45,730 bases of DNA, taken from an uncultured Myxococcales bacterium. GTDB taxonomy: Bacteria; Myxococcota_A; Bradymonadia; UBA7976; UBA1532. A program made the translations under genes and the position numbers. Of the stretch, positions 1 to 8,078 are shown piece after piece. Below the pieces are notes generated by a model. The model did no database searches and had not been told where the DNA came from. It saw only the letters and a list, made by a program, of their open reading frames with translations. Numbering within the stretch: the first letter of the stretch is position 1; the number at the start of each line of letters is the position of its first letter. The DNA lies in contig CALELH010000389.1 of the NCBI GenBank assembly GCA_937902595.1, forward strand, positions 1-45,730. The letters run 5' to 3'.

Positions 1-303
1 CAGATGGAAAGCGAGGGCGCTCTTCCCGAAGGCGGCGACGGTGAGGGTGTTGAGTATGGTGGGGACGGGTCTGAAGAAGCCGCTCACGCTCCGGCCACTG
101 TCGCCCTGTTGGAAGAAGTCGCCCCACGCGCTGCGCCAGCCTGAGCCCAGCTCATCGAGCGCCGCGTTGTGTTCTATGAGGATCACATCATCCCAGACGA
201 ACTGACCCGGTATCGAAGGCGCCGCGACGAGCGTCGCCGCCACAAGCACTAAGAGCGCCGTGAGCCAGTCGGGCCATCTCTGTTCTGGGGCGTCTTCACT
301 CAT
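1..303 (-). CDS. N-terminal fragment of a membrane protein cut by the window edge. A PMT/TMTC-like glycosyltransferase-TPR family is a tentative guess.
   Basis: My own minus-strand translation from ATG 303-301 reads MSEDAPEQRWPDWLTALLVLVAATLVAAPSIPGQFVWDDVILIEHNAALDELG... There is no in-frame stop down to position 1. One hydrophobic helix is followed by an FVWDD..I..N motif. It is missing from the ORF track because no stop lies in the window. Confidence 0.5.
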   Translation of the reverse strand, partial: MSEDAPEQRWPDWLTALLVLVAATLVAAPSIPGQFVWDDVILIEHNAALDELGSGWRSAWGDFFQQGDSGRSVSGFFRPVPTILNTLTVAAFGKSALAFHL

Positions 304-383
304 TGACTACCCTTCTATCACTTTCTCTTTTCAGTGGAGCGCGTAAACTGTTCCCACGTAGACCGCTTGGAGCGCTTTGAGGG

Positions 384-791
384 ATGTCAAAGATTACTAA
401 GACTGACGAAGAGTGGCGAAGGCAGCTCAGCGATGATGCCTATCGCGTGACCCGGCAAGCAGGGACCGAGCGTCCATTTACAGGCCAATATTACAAGAAC
501 ACCGACGTTGGCACCTATGCCTGCATCTGTTGTGAACAGCCGATCTTTCGGAGCGACGCCAAGTTTGACGCCGGTTGCGGCTGGCCAAGTTTCTGGGAGC
601 CCTTGAACGGCGCGCGCCTCGAAGAGATCACTGATACCTCCCACGGGATGGTGCGCGTCGAGGTGCGCTGCAATCACTGCGACGCTCATTTGGGACACGT
701 GTTCCCTGACGGTCCTCCACCGACGGGGCTGCGTTACTGCATCAACTCCGTCGCGCTCATGTTTATGGGCGAAGGCGCAGCGTCTGAATAA
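384..791 (+). CDS. msrB: Peptide-methionine (R)-S-oxide reductase MsrB
   Basis: 135 aa. It has two CxxC zinc pairs (CICC, CNHC) plus the [17 protein letters not shown] and catalytic RYCINS motifs typical of SelR/MsrB. Confidence 0.95.
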   Translation: MSKITKTDEEWRRQLSDDAYRVTRQAGTERPFTGQYYKNTDVGTYACICCEQPIFRSDAKFDAGCGWPSFWEPLNGARLEEITDTSHGMVRVEVRCNHCDAHLGHVFPDGPPPTGLRYCINSVALMFMGEGAASE

Positions 792-800
792 GGAGGGGCG

Positions 801-1151
801 ATGTCTGAGATCGAAGCCGTAATTCGTGTGGTTTTGGGGGCGGCTCTCGTCGACGGAGAGATCGACGCCCGGGAGTTGGCTCGCCTCAAGGAGGTCGCTC
901 AGTCCGTCCGCGCCGAAGAGACCCTAAAGACGGTCATTCTCGACCTTCAAGCCGTCCAAAGCGAGCTCGTAGACCTCGCGACGGTCTTGAACTGGGTACG
1001 CCCTGCTGCCGAGATTCTTTCCCGCGCCGCCGAGCAAACCCGATTCATCGCGGTCTACGCCATAGATCGTATAGTCGCCGACGACCAGCAGGTCCGCGAC
1101 ATTGAGATGACCTACCGCGACGCCGTCACCCGGATCATCTCCGGCGAATAG
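801..1151 (+). CDS. Small TerB-like helical protein
   Basis: 116 aa. AGGAGG lies at 791-796, four nt before the ATG and 9 nt after the msrB stop. The LVDGEIDARELARL signature resembles TerB/DjlA-N type domains. The call rests on the motif only. Confidence 0.55.
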   Translation: MSEIEAVIRVVLGAALVDGEIDARELARLKEVAQSVRAEETLKTVILDLQAVQSELVDLATVLNWVRPAAEILSRAAEQTRFIAVYAIDRIVADDQQVRDIEMTYRDAVTRIISGE

Positions 1152-1278
1152 CTCTTCACTCTGACTCTCGGCGCTCAAAGCCCTCCTCTTAAACTCATCA
1201 GAGAGCGCATATATCCGTGCGTATTTCTGAACTCAAGAGATCCTCTGCTCCTCTCTGCGGCAAAGGTGTTCTGGCCGC

Positions 1279-1306
1279 TGTGACACAAGGTGTAACACCG
1301 TAACAC
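1279..1306 (+). promoter_or_regulatory. Repeat cluster, a candidate enhancer-binding-protein (UAS) site
   Basis: GTGACAC (1280-1286), N5, GTAACAC (1292-1298), N1, GTAACAC (1300-1306). TGTGACAC (1279-1286) and GTGTAACA (1290-1297) also form an imperfect inverted repeat. The cluster lies about 75-100 nt upstream of the -24/-12 element at 1379-1393. Confidence 0.35.
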
Positions 1307-1378
1307 TACGTTTCAGTGCGGACGTAACGATCCCCAATGGCGACGCTGTAACTACCTGAATTTATTGATCGCAAAAAT

Positions 1379-1394
1379 TGGCACACCCCTTGCG
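1379..1394 (+). promoter_or_regulatory. Sigma-54 (RpoN) type -24/-12 promoter for the protease gene
   Basis: TGGCAC (1379-1384), ACCCC, TTGC (1390-1393) matches the TGGCAC-N5-TTGC consensus with correct GG/GC spacing. The element ends 56 nt upstream of the ATG at 1450. Confidence 0.55.
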
Positions 1395-1449
1395 AATAAG
1401 TTCGTGCGTATACGGGATTCACGAAATCCCAAAGATTTGGGGACACACA

Positions 1450-3429
1450 ATGAACAGCAACTTTCGCAACACAACGAACGCAACTTGGTGGGCAGCTATC
1501 GTAGCGACCCTCGCCATGACCCTCTCCGGCTGCGGCGACCTCGAAAACGTCGAGCCTGTCGTCGAGATGGAGCCCAACATGGGCGTCATCACCAGCCCAA
1601 TTCGCTTCGGAGAGGACGACGGGACGGGACATCCTGGAATCCTTAAGCTTCACATTCGCGTCGGTAACAGTGGCTTCCTTTGCTCGGGGACAGTCATCGA
1701 GCAGCGCACCATCCTCACCGCAGCCCACTGCGTTGAGAACGCTGCAGCGGCGTCTGATATTTATGTCCACGTCGACGGTGCTTACCGCTCAGCGAGCCAG
1801 TTCTACATTCATGAGGATTACTCAGCGGATGCGCCTCACATTCGGAACGTGAATGGTGAGTGGTTCCGCTTTAGCGGTCCTGACATCGCCATCGTCACGT
1901 TCGCTCAGGATCTGCCCGCGCCTGTCGTCTCAATCGGTACCGCGGCTCCTTCAGCCGGTGACCTGCTCACCATCGTTGGTTTTGGCGCTAACGAGAATGA
2001 GGAGACGGGCGTTCGTCGCGTTGGCAGCGTTGAGTTCGCCGCCGTGACCGAGACCTATGAGGTCGACAAGAACACCGTGCATCACAATGAGGGCAGCTTG
2101 GTCGTGAACCCAGGTCCAACCAACCAGGTTGTCTGCGGTGGTGACAGCGGAGGCGCACTCCTCGCAGGTGACGACCTCATCGGAGTGACCTCAGGCGGCG
2201 TCGTCGCGGTTGGTGACGACAACCCATGTGTCCGTGCTCGGAGCGCAAACTTCATCTCACCTGCCGCCTACCTCGATTGGATTGAGTCCAAGGTCACGCT
2301 GCCTGTCAATAATGAGGTCGTCATCGCTGACGAACTCCTCTGCAGCGCGCACCAGATGGACACCGCCAACACCTTCGTGACTCCAAACTCATATTCCACC
2401 AACTGGGGTGGACGTAATGAGAAGTGGTTCCGCAACGCTCGTGGTGACTGGTACTTCATCCTTCCTGAGGGCACCGTCTACTCGTGGAACCTGGGTACAA
2501 CTCCTCCAGCCGGTGAGCTGGTCGGCACCTTGACTCCTGTCTTCTACGACGACCCAAGCCGTTTGACCGATGCTCAGGCTCCTGAGGCCGAGTGCGCTCA
2601 GCCTGAAGCAGACGCCGGCGACCTGGCTCGGACCGCCTACGACTTGGACCAGACATATGAGTTCCGATTCAGCGGTAGCTACGCCACGAACTGGGCCGGC
2701 CAGGGTGAGAAGTGGGTTGTTGGTGGAAACAACAATTGGTTCTTCATTCTTCCGAATGGCCAGCTCAACCGCTGGAGCAACGGCACCCGTCCTGTGCAGG
2801 GCGAGGTCATCGGTACTCTGTCTCCGGACTTCCACGCTGACCCTACTCTATTCCATGACGCCATCGACCCCGACAGCGCTGCTGAGGAGTGTGATGGTGA
2901 CTCTCCTGCCGCTATCGCCTACCGCATCGACCAGGAGCACAGCTTCCGGTTCAGCGGCTCCTACGCAGAGGACTGGGGTGGTCACGGTGAGAAGTGGTTC
3001 CAGAATGGGTCTGGCCGATGGTTCTACATTCTTCCTAACGGCGAGGTCTACAAGTGGAGCGTCAACACTCACCCTGCACAGGGGACTCTCATCGGCTCGC
3101 TGAACACTGAGTATCACACGGACCCAGCGTTACTCTTCGATGCTGAGGAGCCTACCGGCGAAGAGTGTGAAGGCAACGATCTGAGCCAGCAGGCCGCCCA
3201 GCTAGACGCTGACTATGACTTTCGACCTGCGCCAACCTACAATCAGAACTGGGGCGGCATGGACGAGAAGTGGTTCACCAACGGGAGCAACAACTGGTTC
3301 TACATCGTACCTAACGGCACGGTGTACCGATGGCAGTCAGGTAGCCGACCACTGGTTGGCACGGAGATCGCTACCCTGAGCGCGAGCTACTACGCGGACC
3401 CAACCCTCCTCATCAACGCAGCTGAGTAA
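1450..3429 (+). CDS. Secreted trypsin-like (S1 family) serine protease lipoprotein with four C-terminal repeat modules
   Basis: I chose the ATG at 1450 because it gives a lipoprotein signal (MNSNFRNTTNATWWAAIVATLAMTLSGC). The track ORF starts at a TTG at 1378 that lies inside the promoter. The catalytic triad is TAAHC (His codon 1726-1728), DIAIV (Asp 1882-1884) and GDSGG (Ser 2146-2148). The C-terminal half carries 4 repeats (see the repeat feature). Confidence 0.9.
   Translation: MNSNFRNTTNATWWAAIVATLAMTLSGCGDLENVEPVVEMEPNMGVITSPIRFGEDDGTGHPGILKLHIRVGNSGFLCSGTVIEQRTILTAAHCVENAAAASDIYVHVDGAYRSASQFYIHEDYSADAPHIRNVNGEWFRFSGPDIAIVTFAQDLPAPVVSIGTAAPSAGDLLTIVGFGANENEETGVRRVGSVEFAAVTETYEVDKNTVHHNEGSLVVNPGPTNQVVCGGDSGGALLAGDDLIGVTSGGVVAVGDDNPCVRARSANFISPAAYLDWIESKVTLPVNNEVVIADELLCSAHQMDTANTFVTPNSYSTNWGGRNEKWFRNARGDWYFILPEGTVYSWNLGTTPPAGELVGTLTPVFYDDPSRLTDAQAPEAECAQPEADAGDLARTAYDLDQTYEFRFSGSYATNWAGQGEKWVVGGNNNWFFILPNGQLNRWSNGTRPVQGEVIGTLSPDFHADPTLFHDAIDPDSAAEECDGDSPAAIAYRIDQEHSFRFSGSYAEDWGGHGEKWFQNGSGRWFYILPNGEVYKWSVNTHPAQGTLIGSLNTEYHTDPALLFDAEEPTGEECEGNDLSQQAAQLDADYDFRPAPTYNQNWGGMDEKWFTNGSNNWFYIVPNGTVYRWQSGSRPLVGTEIATLSASYYADPTLLINAAE
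2341..3426 (+). repeat. Four tandem protein-level repeats of about 92-96 aa from an unrecognised family
   Basis: The (N/D)W(G/A)G..EKW anchors start at nt 2401, 2689, 2971 and 3247, giving spacings of 288, 282 and 276 nt. Each is followed by W(Y/F)(F/Y)I(L/V)P(E/N)G, then G..(V/I)(G/A)(T/S)L, then DP..L. One Cys lies ahead of repeat 1 (LLC), and one lies in each acidic linker (AEC, EEC, EEC). Confidence 0.85.
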
Positions 3430-3435
3430 TGAATG

Positions 3436-3463
3436 GGCGGGCAGTTGGTCCCTTCTGCCCGCC
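3436..3463. terminator. GC-rich hairpin between convergent genes, a possible bidirectional terminator
   Basis: GGCGGGCAG (3436-3444) pairs perfectly with CTGCCCGCC (3455-3463) around a 10-nt loop. It lies between the protease stop (3429) and the PLD stop (3487). There is no clear U-tract. Confidence 0.5.
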
Positions 3464-3486
3464 TCAATCCAGCCTCTGTCCAGCAC

Positions 3487-5838
3487 TTATTGCCCAGTAA
3501 TATCCGCGCCAATACCCTCAAGCGCACAGTCGGCCGGAGCACCGAATGACAGCGGATAAGCGATGCCTACGGGCTGAGCTTCCTCGGGTAGAGGAGCTCC
3601 ATTAAGTGAGATGTCGTATCCCTGTCTAGCCCACCAAGATTGGACCCATTCGTTCCACACTAAGACCTCCTCGAAAAGCTCGATCCAGTCCGAGGAGTTG
3701 TCTGGGGTCCACTCGAAACCGAGCATGTTTGAGATGACGTGCTGACGAACAGCGGAGACAAAATCACGATCGTAGACGTTGATGTTCATCTCATACTCGT
3801 AGAGGAATCCGCGGTTGTTCGTGTTGCAGGAGCCGATGGTCATGAAGACGTCATCGACGATCATCAACTTCGAGTGGATGAAGATCTCCTCGAAATTTCC
3901 GGCGACCTCATCAAAGCCAAAATCGTTCGATGGGGCGAAGCTCTTGAGTTGCGCAACATGATATCTATCTGCGAAGCGTGCTCGGAGCTGCTGGTGTGTG
4001 GCGTGGGTCCAATAACATCCTGGGTCCGTCCACTCGGAGACAGGGTTGGTCACAACAATCAGGTGCAGACTGGGCATCTGGGTCATACGTTGGATGAGCG
4101 CCTCGACTAATAACGGGGTTCGCCAGTATTGGTCCTCGATAAGGATGTAGTCATTCGCGTTCCGGATAGCGTTTATGTGGCTCTCTAGGATCGAGTAGTC
4201 GTCGTATGGAGCTGGCATGGTGTGAACCAGCTGCATGGCCACGCCTCGGGCATGGCCTTCGTCCAGCTCAGGAGCCCCAACCCAGGTGCTATTCTCACTG
4301 TAGGGTCTAAGCGCTCTTCTTTGGGCGTTCCAGACGGTACTAAAGGTCTGACCGACGTCGTGCACGATGGGTCCCGTCACGCGAACCATATAGTCTTTAC
4401 GAGGGACCGTGTCGGTGGCTCGATCCCCGTCTAGCACGGCGCGTCGCGCTCTCTCTGAGGCGCCAAACTCCATGCGGCGAGGATCAAACACGGCATGGTT
4501 GGAGCTATCCCAATCGGTGCTCTTTAGATTCATTCCACCCACAAAGGCCTCAGCACCGTCCAGTACGATGTACTTTTGGTGATATGAGGCGTGGGGCAAG
4601 TTCAAATCGATCGGGAGGTCCGTCAGGTCAACCCATCGCTCCTCAAGGCCCATACCCTCCGGTGAACCGACCTCTTGCACACTCCCGAGCTCATCGGTGA
4701 TGCCTCGGACTCGCTCGGAGAAGTCTACGGACGGCATCGACCACCAGAACCCTTCTCGGATGGAGTTAACGACGCCGAGGAACTCAAAGTCATCATTGAC
4801 CTCTGCGTGATTCACGAGCGCTCGATCTCGGTTGAACTGTGTGACGACAGGGGGATCCCAGAGCATCACTCTCTTCGTCGCTGGCGACTCTTCGAGTATG
4901 TGCATAATCGTATTCTCTCTTCGCGACTCTGGACTCGAGAAAGGTTGGTTCCGCGTGAGTTCGAAGTCTGAGTTCCACCACCATGAAGAGATGTGAATAG
5001 AGTCCTCTGCCTGAAGCATTCTCTCGTGGACTCGTCGCCAAGCAACTTCGCCATCCATTAAGAACTCGATGCTACCGCCCCGCCGAACGGGTGGGCCGGA
5101 GGAGGCAAACCATTGGTGCTCTAAGCCAAGAATCAGGTGAGCGACTGGAGCGACCTCTAAGGACGGTTCGAAGGTTTCGTTCGTCAGTACCCAACCAAAG
5201 CGGTGCGACTCAGTTGGGATGATCGTCACGTCATCCACCGCATCAGCGCCAGAATGCCAGAGATCCATTGTGGCCATGTGATGTCCGGGTGCTGACAGCT
5301 CGATTTGGTAGCGACCCGCTGAATTAAGTGGGAATCCCTCCGAGGTCCAACGAACAGCTCGTCCATCTGGTCCGACGACTCTGAGAGCGGCGTTTGGAAC
5401 ATAGTGTCCCCAGACATCTCGCGGATAGATCTTGAGATCGATGTGCTCATTCGTTGGGGTATCGGCTCCCACCAACTCTTGTGCTTCCCCTGGAGTCTCT
5501 TCGGCCCCCTCTTGGACTTCTTCTTCTTCTTCTACCTCTGATTGCGGTGTGCTCTGCGGTTTGGACTCATTGTCATGGTGAGGTCTCTCCGGAGGTTGGT
5601 GGTTGTCCGACTCTGGGGCTGCCAGGCTCTCTGGCGCGTCGCTGGGATCAGACGGAGCCTCCTGACCGACGACGTTCGACGTGGCCGGCGGTGTTGGCCC
5701 ATGGAACACCGTAATCTCAGAGACCTCTTCTACGTCTGAGCATCCACAGACCAGCGCCGCACATAGGGTCGCTATGAGACAAGACCCGAGGGCTTGGTTG
5801 AGTACGGCCTTCGCTCGGAATATGTGTCCGTGCACCAT
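3487..5838 (-). CDS. Phospholipase D superfamily lipoprotein with two HKD motifs
   Basis: 783 aa. The signal peptide has a lipobox (LVCGCS), followed by an acidic low-complexity linker (EVEEEEEVQEGAEE). HKD motif 1 is HQKYIVLDG..GGMN (about nt 4560-4582). HKD motif 2 is HSKLMIVDD..GSCN (about nt 3850-3877). Confidence 0.85.
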   Translation of the reverse strand: MVHGHIFRAKAVLNQALGSCLIATLCAALVCGCSDVEEVSEITVFHGPTPPATSNVVGQEAPSDPSDAPESLAAPESDNHQPPERPHHDNESKPQSTPQSEVEEEEEVQEGAEETPGEAQELVGADTPTNEHIDLKIYPRDVWGHYVPNAALRVVGPDGRAVRWTSEGFPLNSAGRYQIELSAPGHHMATMDLWHSGADAVDDVTIIPTESHRFGWVLTNETFEPSLEVAPVAHLILGLEHQWFASSGPPVRRGGSIEFLMDGEVAWRRVHERMLQAEDSIHISSWWWNSDFELTRNQPFSSPESRRENTIMHILEESPATKRVMLWDPPVVTQFNRDRALVNHAEVNDDFEFLGVVNSIREGFWWSMPSVDFSERVRGITDELGSVQEVGSPEGMGLEERWVDLTDLPIDLNLPHASYHQKYIVLDGAEAFVGGMNLKSTDWDSSNHAVFDPRRMEFGASERARRAVLDGDRATDTVPRKDYMVRVTGPIVHDVGQTFSTVWNAQRRALRPYSENSTWVGAPELDEGHARGVAMQLVHTMPAPYDDYSILESHINAIRNANDYILIEDQYWRTPLLVEALIQRMTQMPSLHLIVVTNPVSEWTDPGCYWTHATHQQLRARFADRYHVAQLKSFAPSNDFGFDEVAGNFEEIFIHSKLMIVDDVFMTIGSCNTNNRGFLYEYEMNINVYDRDFVSAVRQHVISNMLGFEWTPDNSSDWIELFEEVLVWNEWVQSWWARQGYDISLNGAPLPEEAQPVGIAYPLSFGAPADCALEGIGADITGQ

Positions 5839-5950
5839 GGTTCTCTCGTTTGACGTGACATAAGGAGGAGCTAACCCCGGGCATCGCCCGCGAGGTTCGG
5901 TCGCCTTCTCAACGCGCCAACTTGAGAAATATTCAAAAAGAAGAAGAAAT

Positions 5951-6619
5951 CTACTCGATAGGACGGCGAGCTAGGGTGAGGAGACTGCCCTCCGTTTGTC
6001 GCCAATCGGGCTCTTGACCCTTAACGGTAGGCGCTAGGAGTCGGGCCTGCTCCACGATCTCAAACCCGACCTCCTCCATGACTTGACGCCATTTCTCGGA
6101 CGAGAGGAGATTTAGATTAATCCCGATGTCTTCGGACCAGCCGTGACTCGCTGTGTTCTCTTCATAAAAATCGACGATACACGCGAAGAGACCACCGGGC
6201 TTGAGGAGTCGCAATGTGCTCATAAGGGCCCATGGAAGATTAGGGAGGTAGTAGAAAACCTCCATACTGAATACCGCGTCAAAGGCCTGAGCCTTTAGAA
6301 TTGGCAAAGGGAATGGCGCGTTTATGAAACGACAATTCGGAAGGGCACTCGACAAGGTCCTCGCGCGATCGACCATCCCTTCTGACACGTCGATCCCGAT
6401 GGCCTGCACGTCTGAGCCGGCCTCCGCCGCCCAGCGAACGGTGTACCCATTACCGCAGCCAATATCTAAATAGGTCTGTCCCGAGGTTACATTCAGCCGG
6501 TCAAATGCAGGTCGAGCCATCGGCGTATGTCCGGTCTCCATGCCTTCAGCTCGTCCATTCCCAGCCCACTCATCAAACAGGCCTCGTACCGCTTCCACAT
6601 GCTCACGCTCGTTGGTCAT
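5951..6619 (-). CDS. Class I SAM-dependent methyltransferase (Methyltransf_11-like, small-molecule type)
   Basis: I chose the ATG at 6619, which is preceded by GGAGAG. The track start at 6727 would overlap the upstream gene. It has SAM motif I, LDIGCGNG. No DNA-methyltransferase motifs (DPPY/NPPY, PCQ/ENV) were seen. Confidence 0.8.
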   Translation of the reverse strand: MTNEREHVEAVRGLFDEWAGNGRAEGMETGHTPMARPAFDRLNVTSGQTYLDIGCGNGYTVRWAAEAGSDVQAIGIDVSEGMVDRARTLSSALPNCRFINAPFPLPILKAQAFDAVFSMEVFYYLPNLPWALMSTLRLLKPGGLFACIVDFYEENTASHGWSEDIGINLNLLSSEKWRQVMEEVGFEIVEQARLLAPTVKGQEPDWRQTEGSLLTLARRPIE

Positions 6620-6704
6620 ACCTATCTCTCCGGGAGTCGACTCAAACGCGGATGAATATACTGCTTCGCGATCCGAAACGCACCCGCGCTTTGAGTATGT
6701 CCTC

Positions 6705-8078
6705 TCAATGGACGCACGCAGCATCACAGCGTCGCTCTAAGTTTTTCTGAAATCGTTGGAAACCGGGCAGCGATGTCGCTCCACCGAGAGCGTCTCGCCA
6801 CCCAACAGCGCAGAGATCCTCAATGAGGAACCGTCTATCCTCGAACCGCCCCTCTAATCGGATTGGTCTAAGCTCTTCGATACACCAGTTTTCTTGCATC
6901 GTACTTAGGGCCGGATAACTCCAGAGACCGGACTCCAATATTGTCTCTCGCTTCGGCCGCTGCCCTGAGCCTATTTCTGCTGAATCGATGCGGATATATG
7001 GATCACTTATGATGAGGCTGGATGGAAAGACGAGGCTGTTGTGGCATTCATTGTCGATCCGCAGGTTACTCAGCATCGCGGCTGTGTGTTGATATTGGAT
7101 GCCCACGTATGGTGTGAGACCGTGGGCAATCCAAAGGCAGAAGATTGTCCATACCGTGATGTCCGGTCGGGCCCAATCTACGTGGAGTCGCTCATGGATG
7201 AGGGCCCCAAACCCCGCGAGGAGACTCCCAGCGACAAAACACTTCATGATCGGACCGATAGCCAGATCCGGGAACAGGCTAACGCCCTCGATTGTAGCGA
7301 CGGTGCTCCCCGCAATAGCCCATCGACCCCAATTCCTGCGAGTGAACCTTCGTAGGATGACGATCTGCCGCGGGGTCAGTGATGCAGCGTAGCCCGCTAG
7401 CATGACAGCACCGAACGCTGGAGCTAGTGTCACCGTCAATGGGAGATGGAAAAGGATGCCTAAGACCCAAGCCCATGGACTTCTTCGGACGAGGAGCACT
7501 CCAATGGCGATCTCGATAAATATGATCCCGAGGGCCAACTCCGAATCCAGATTGACCTGCGGTAACCATGACCAATGGTCCTGCACTTGGTCCCAAGCGT
7601 GGTGCGCACAGCTCATCTCTGGATTAAGGAAGCTGGTGTTCACCTTATGCAGAGCCGCCAACCAATATGTTCCAGCCGTGATCCATGTCACTGATCCCAG
7701 CGCATCCTTGCCCGGTCGAACAACGCCGTACATGCCAATCAAGGACATCCATGTGAGCAACATAGATTGAGTTAAGACGTCACGCAGGAAGAGGAGTGGG
7801 CAGAGTGTGCCGATAAAGCACAATCCAAACCCGAGCAGTCCCGGTCTCCAAAGGAGCAGGAGCGCGCCCAGGCCTTCGATGATGCGCGGGACCATCCACC
7901 CTGATTGCTCAAAGTCGGGGAGCGTTAGATGTACCAGAGAGGCCACGGCGAAAACGCGGGCCCAGTGCTTTAACTGGGGGGTGCCATGGAAGAGGCGTGA
8001 ACTGTCGACTGGGGGACGCTCCAAGGTCATTCGATCCAATCCGGTCTCAGGGTTGTCTTGCGGCTCGACATGGTTCAT
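6705..8078 (-). CDS. Polytopic integral membrane protein with a Cys-containing C-terminal soluble domain. The function is unknown and any HTTM-like resemblance is tentative.
   Basis: 457 aa. About 9 or more hydrophobic helices are visible by eye, for example GALLLLWRPGLLGFGLCFIGTLCPLLFL and WAWVLGILFHLPLTVTLAPAFGAVMLAGY. The roughly 120-aa tail has several Cys. It lies directly upstream of the methyltransferase. Confidence 0.7.
   Translation of the reverse strand: MNHVEPQDNPETGLDRMTLERPPVDSSRLFHGTPQLKHWARVFAVASLVHLTLPDFEQSGWMVPRIIEGLGALLLLWRPGLLGFGLCFIGTLCPLLFLRDVLTQSMLLTWMSLIGMYGVVRPGKDALGSVTWITAGTYWLAALHKVNTSFLNPEMSCAHHAWDQVQDHWSWLPQVNLDSELALGIIFIEIAIGVLLVRRSPWAWVLGILFHLPLTVTLAPAFGAVMLAGYAASLTPRQIVILRRFTRRNWGRWAIAGSTVATIEGVSLFPDLAIGPIMKCFVAGSLLAGFGALIHERLHVDWARPDITVWTIFCLWIAHGLTPYVGIQYQHTAAMLSNLRIDNECHNSLVFPSSLIISDPYIRIDSAEIGSGQRPKRETILESGLWSYPALSTMQENWCIEELRPIRLEGRFEDRRFLIEDLCAVGWRDALGGATSLPGFQRFQKNLERRCDAACVH

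Noticed and set aside
1306-1770. 154-aa minus-strand ORF, and the TTG-1378 N-terminal extension of the protease ORF
   Set aside because: The minus ORF runs antisense across the promoter region and the protease 5' end, and it has no recognisable motifs. The TTG at 1378 lies inside the sigma-54 element. The ATG at 1450 gives a clean lipoprotein signal peptide.
2389-3117. Several 60-180 aa alternative-frame and antisense ORFs inside the protease repeat region
   Set aside because: They lie within a gene that has strong motif support. Their translations are Arg/Ser/Pro-rich, low-complexity sequence typical of off-frame reading of GC-rich coding DNA.
2341-3426. The periodic roughly 280-nt repeats as a DNA-level tandem repeat or CRISPR-like array
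   Set aside because: Similarity is at the protein-motif level only. The nucleotide copies are divergent, have no spacer/repeat architecture and lie in one continuous reading frame.
3487-6619. PLD-family protein next to a methyltransferase, read as a restriction-modification or anti-phage defence pair
   Set aside because: The PLD protein has a lipoprotein signal peptide, so it should act outside the cytoplasm. The methyltransferase has only the generic SAM motif (LDIGCGNG), with no DPPY/NPPY or PCQ/ENV DNA-methyltransferase motifs. No helicase, ATPase or specificity subunit is present.
6620-6727. Longer N-terminal extensions offered by the ORF track: methyltransferase 6727, folA 36547, hbd 38110, crotonase 38126, gshB 44098, cytochrome 44592
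   Set aside because: In each case an internal ATG preceded by a Shine-Dalgarno-like sequence matches where homologous proteins or signal peptides begin. It also removes overlaps with neighbouring genes. The extensions have no family similarity.
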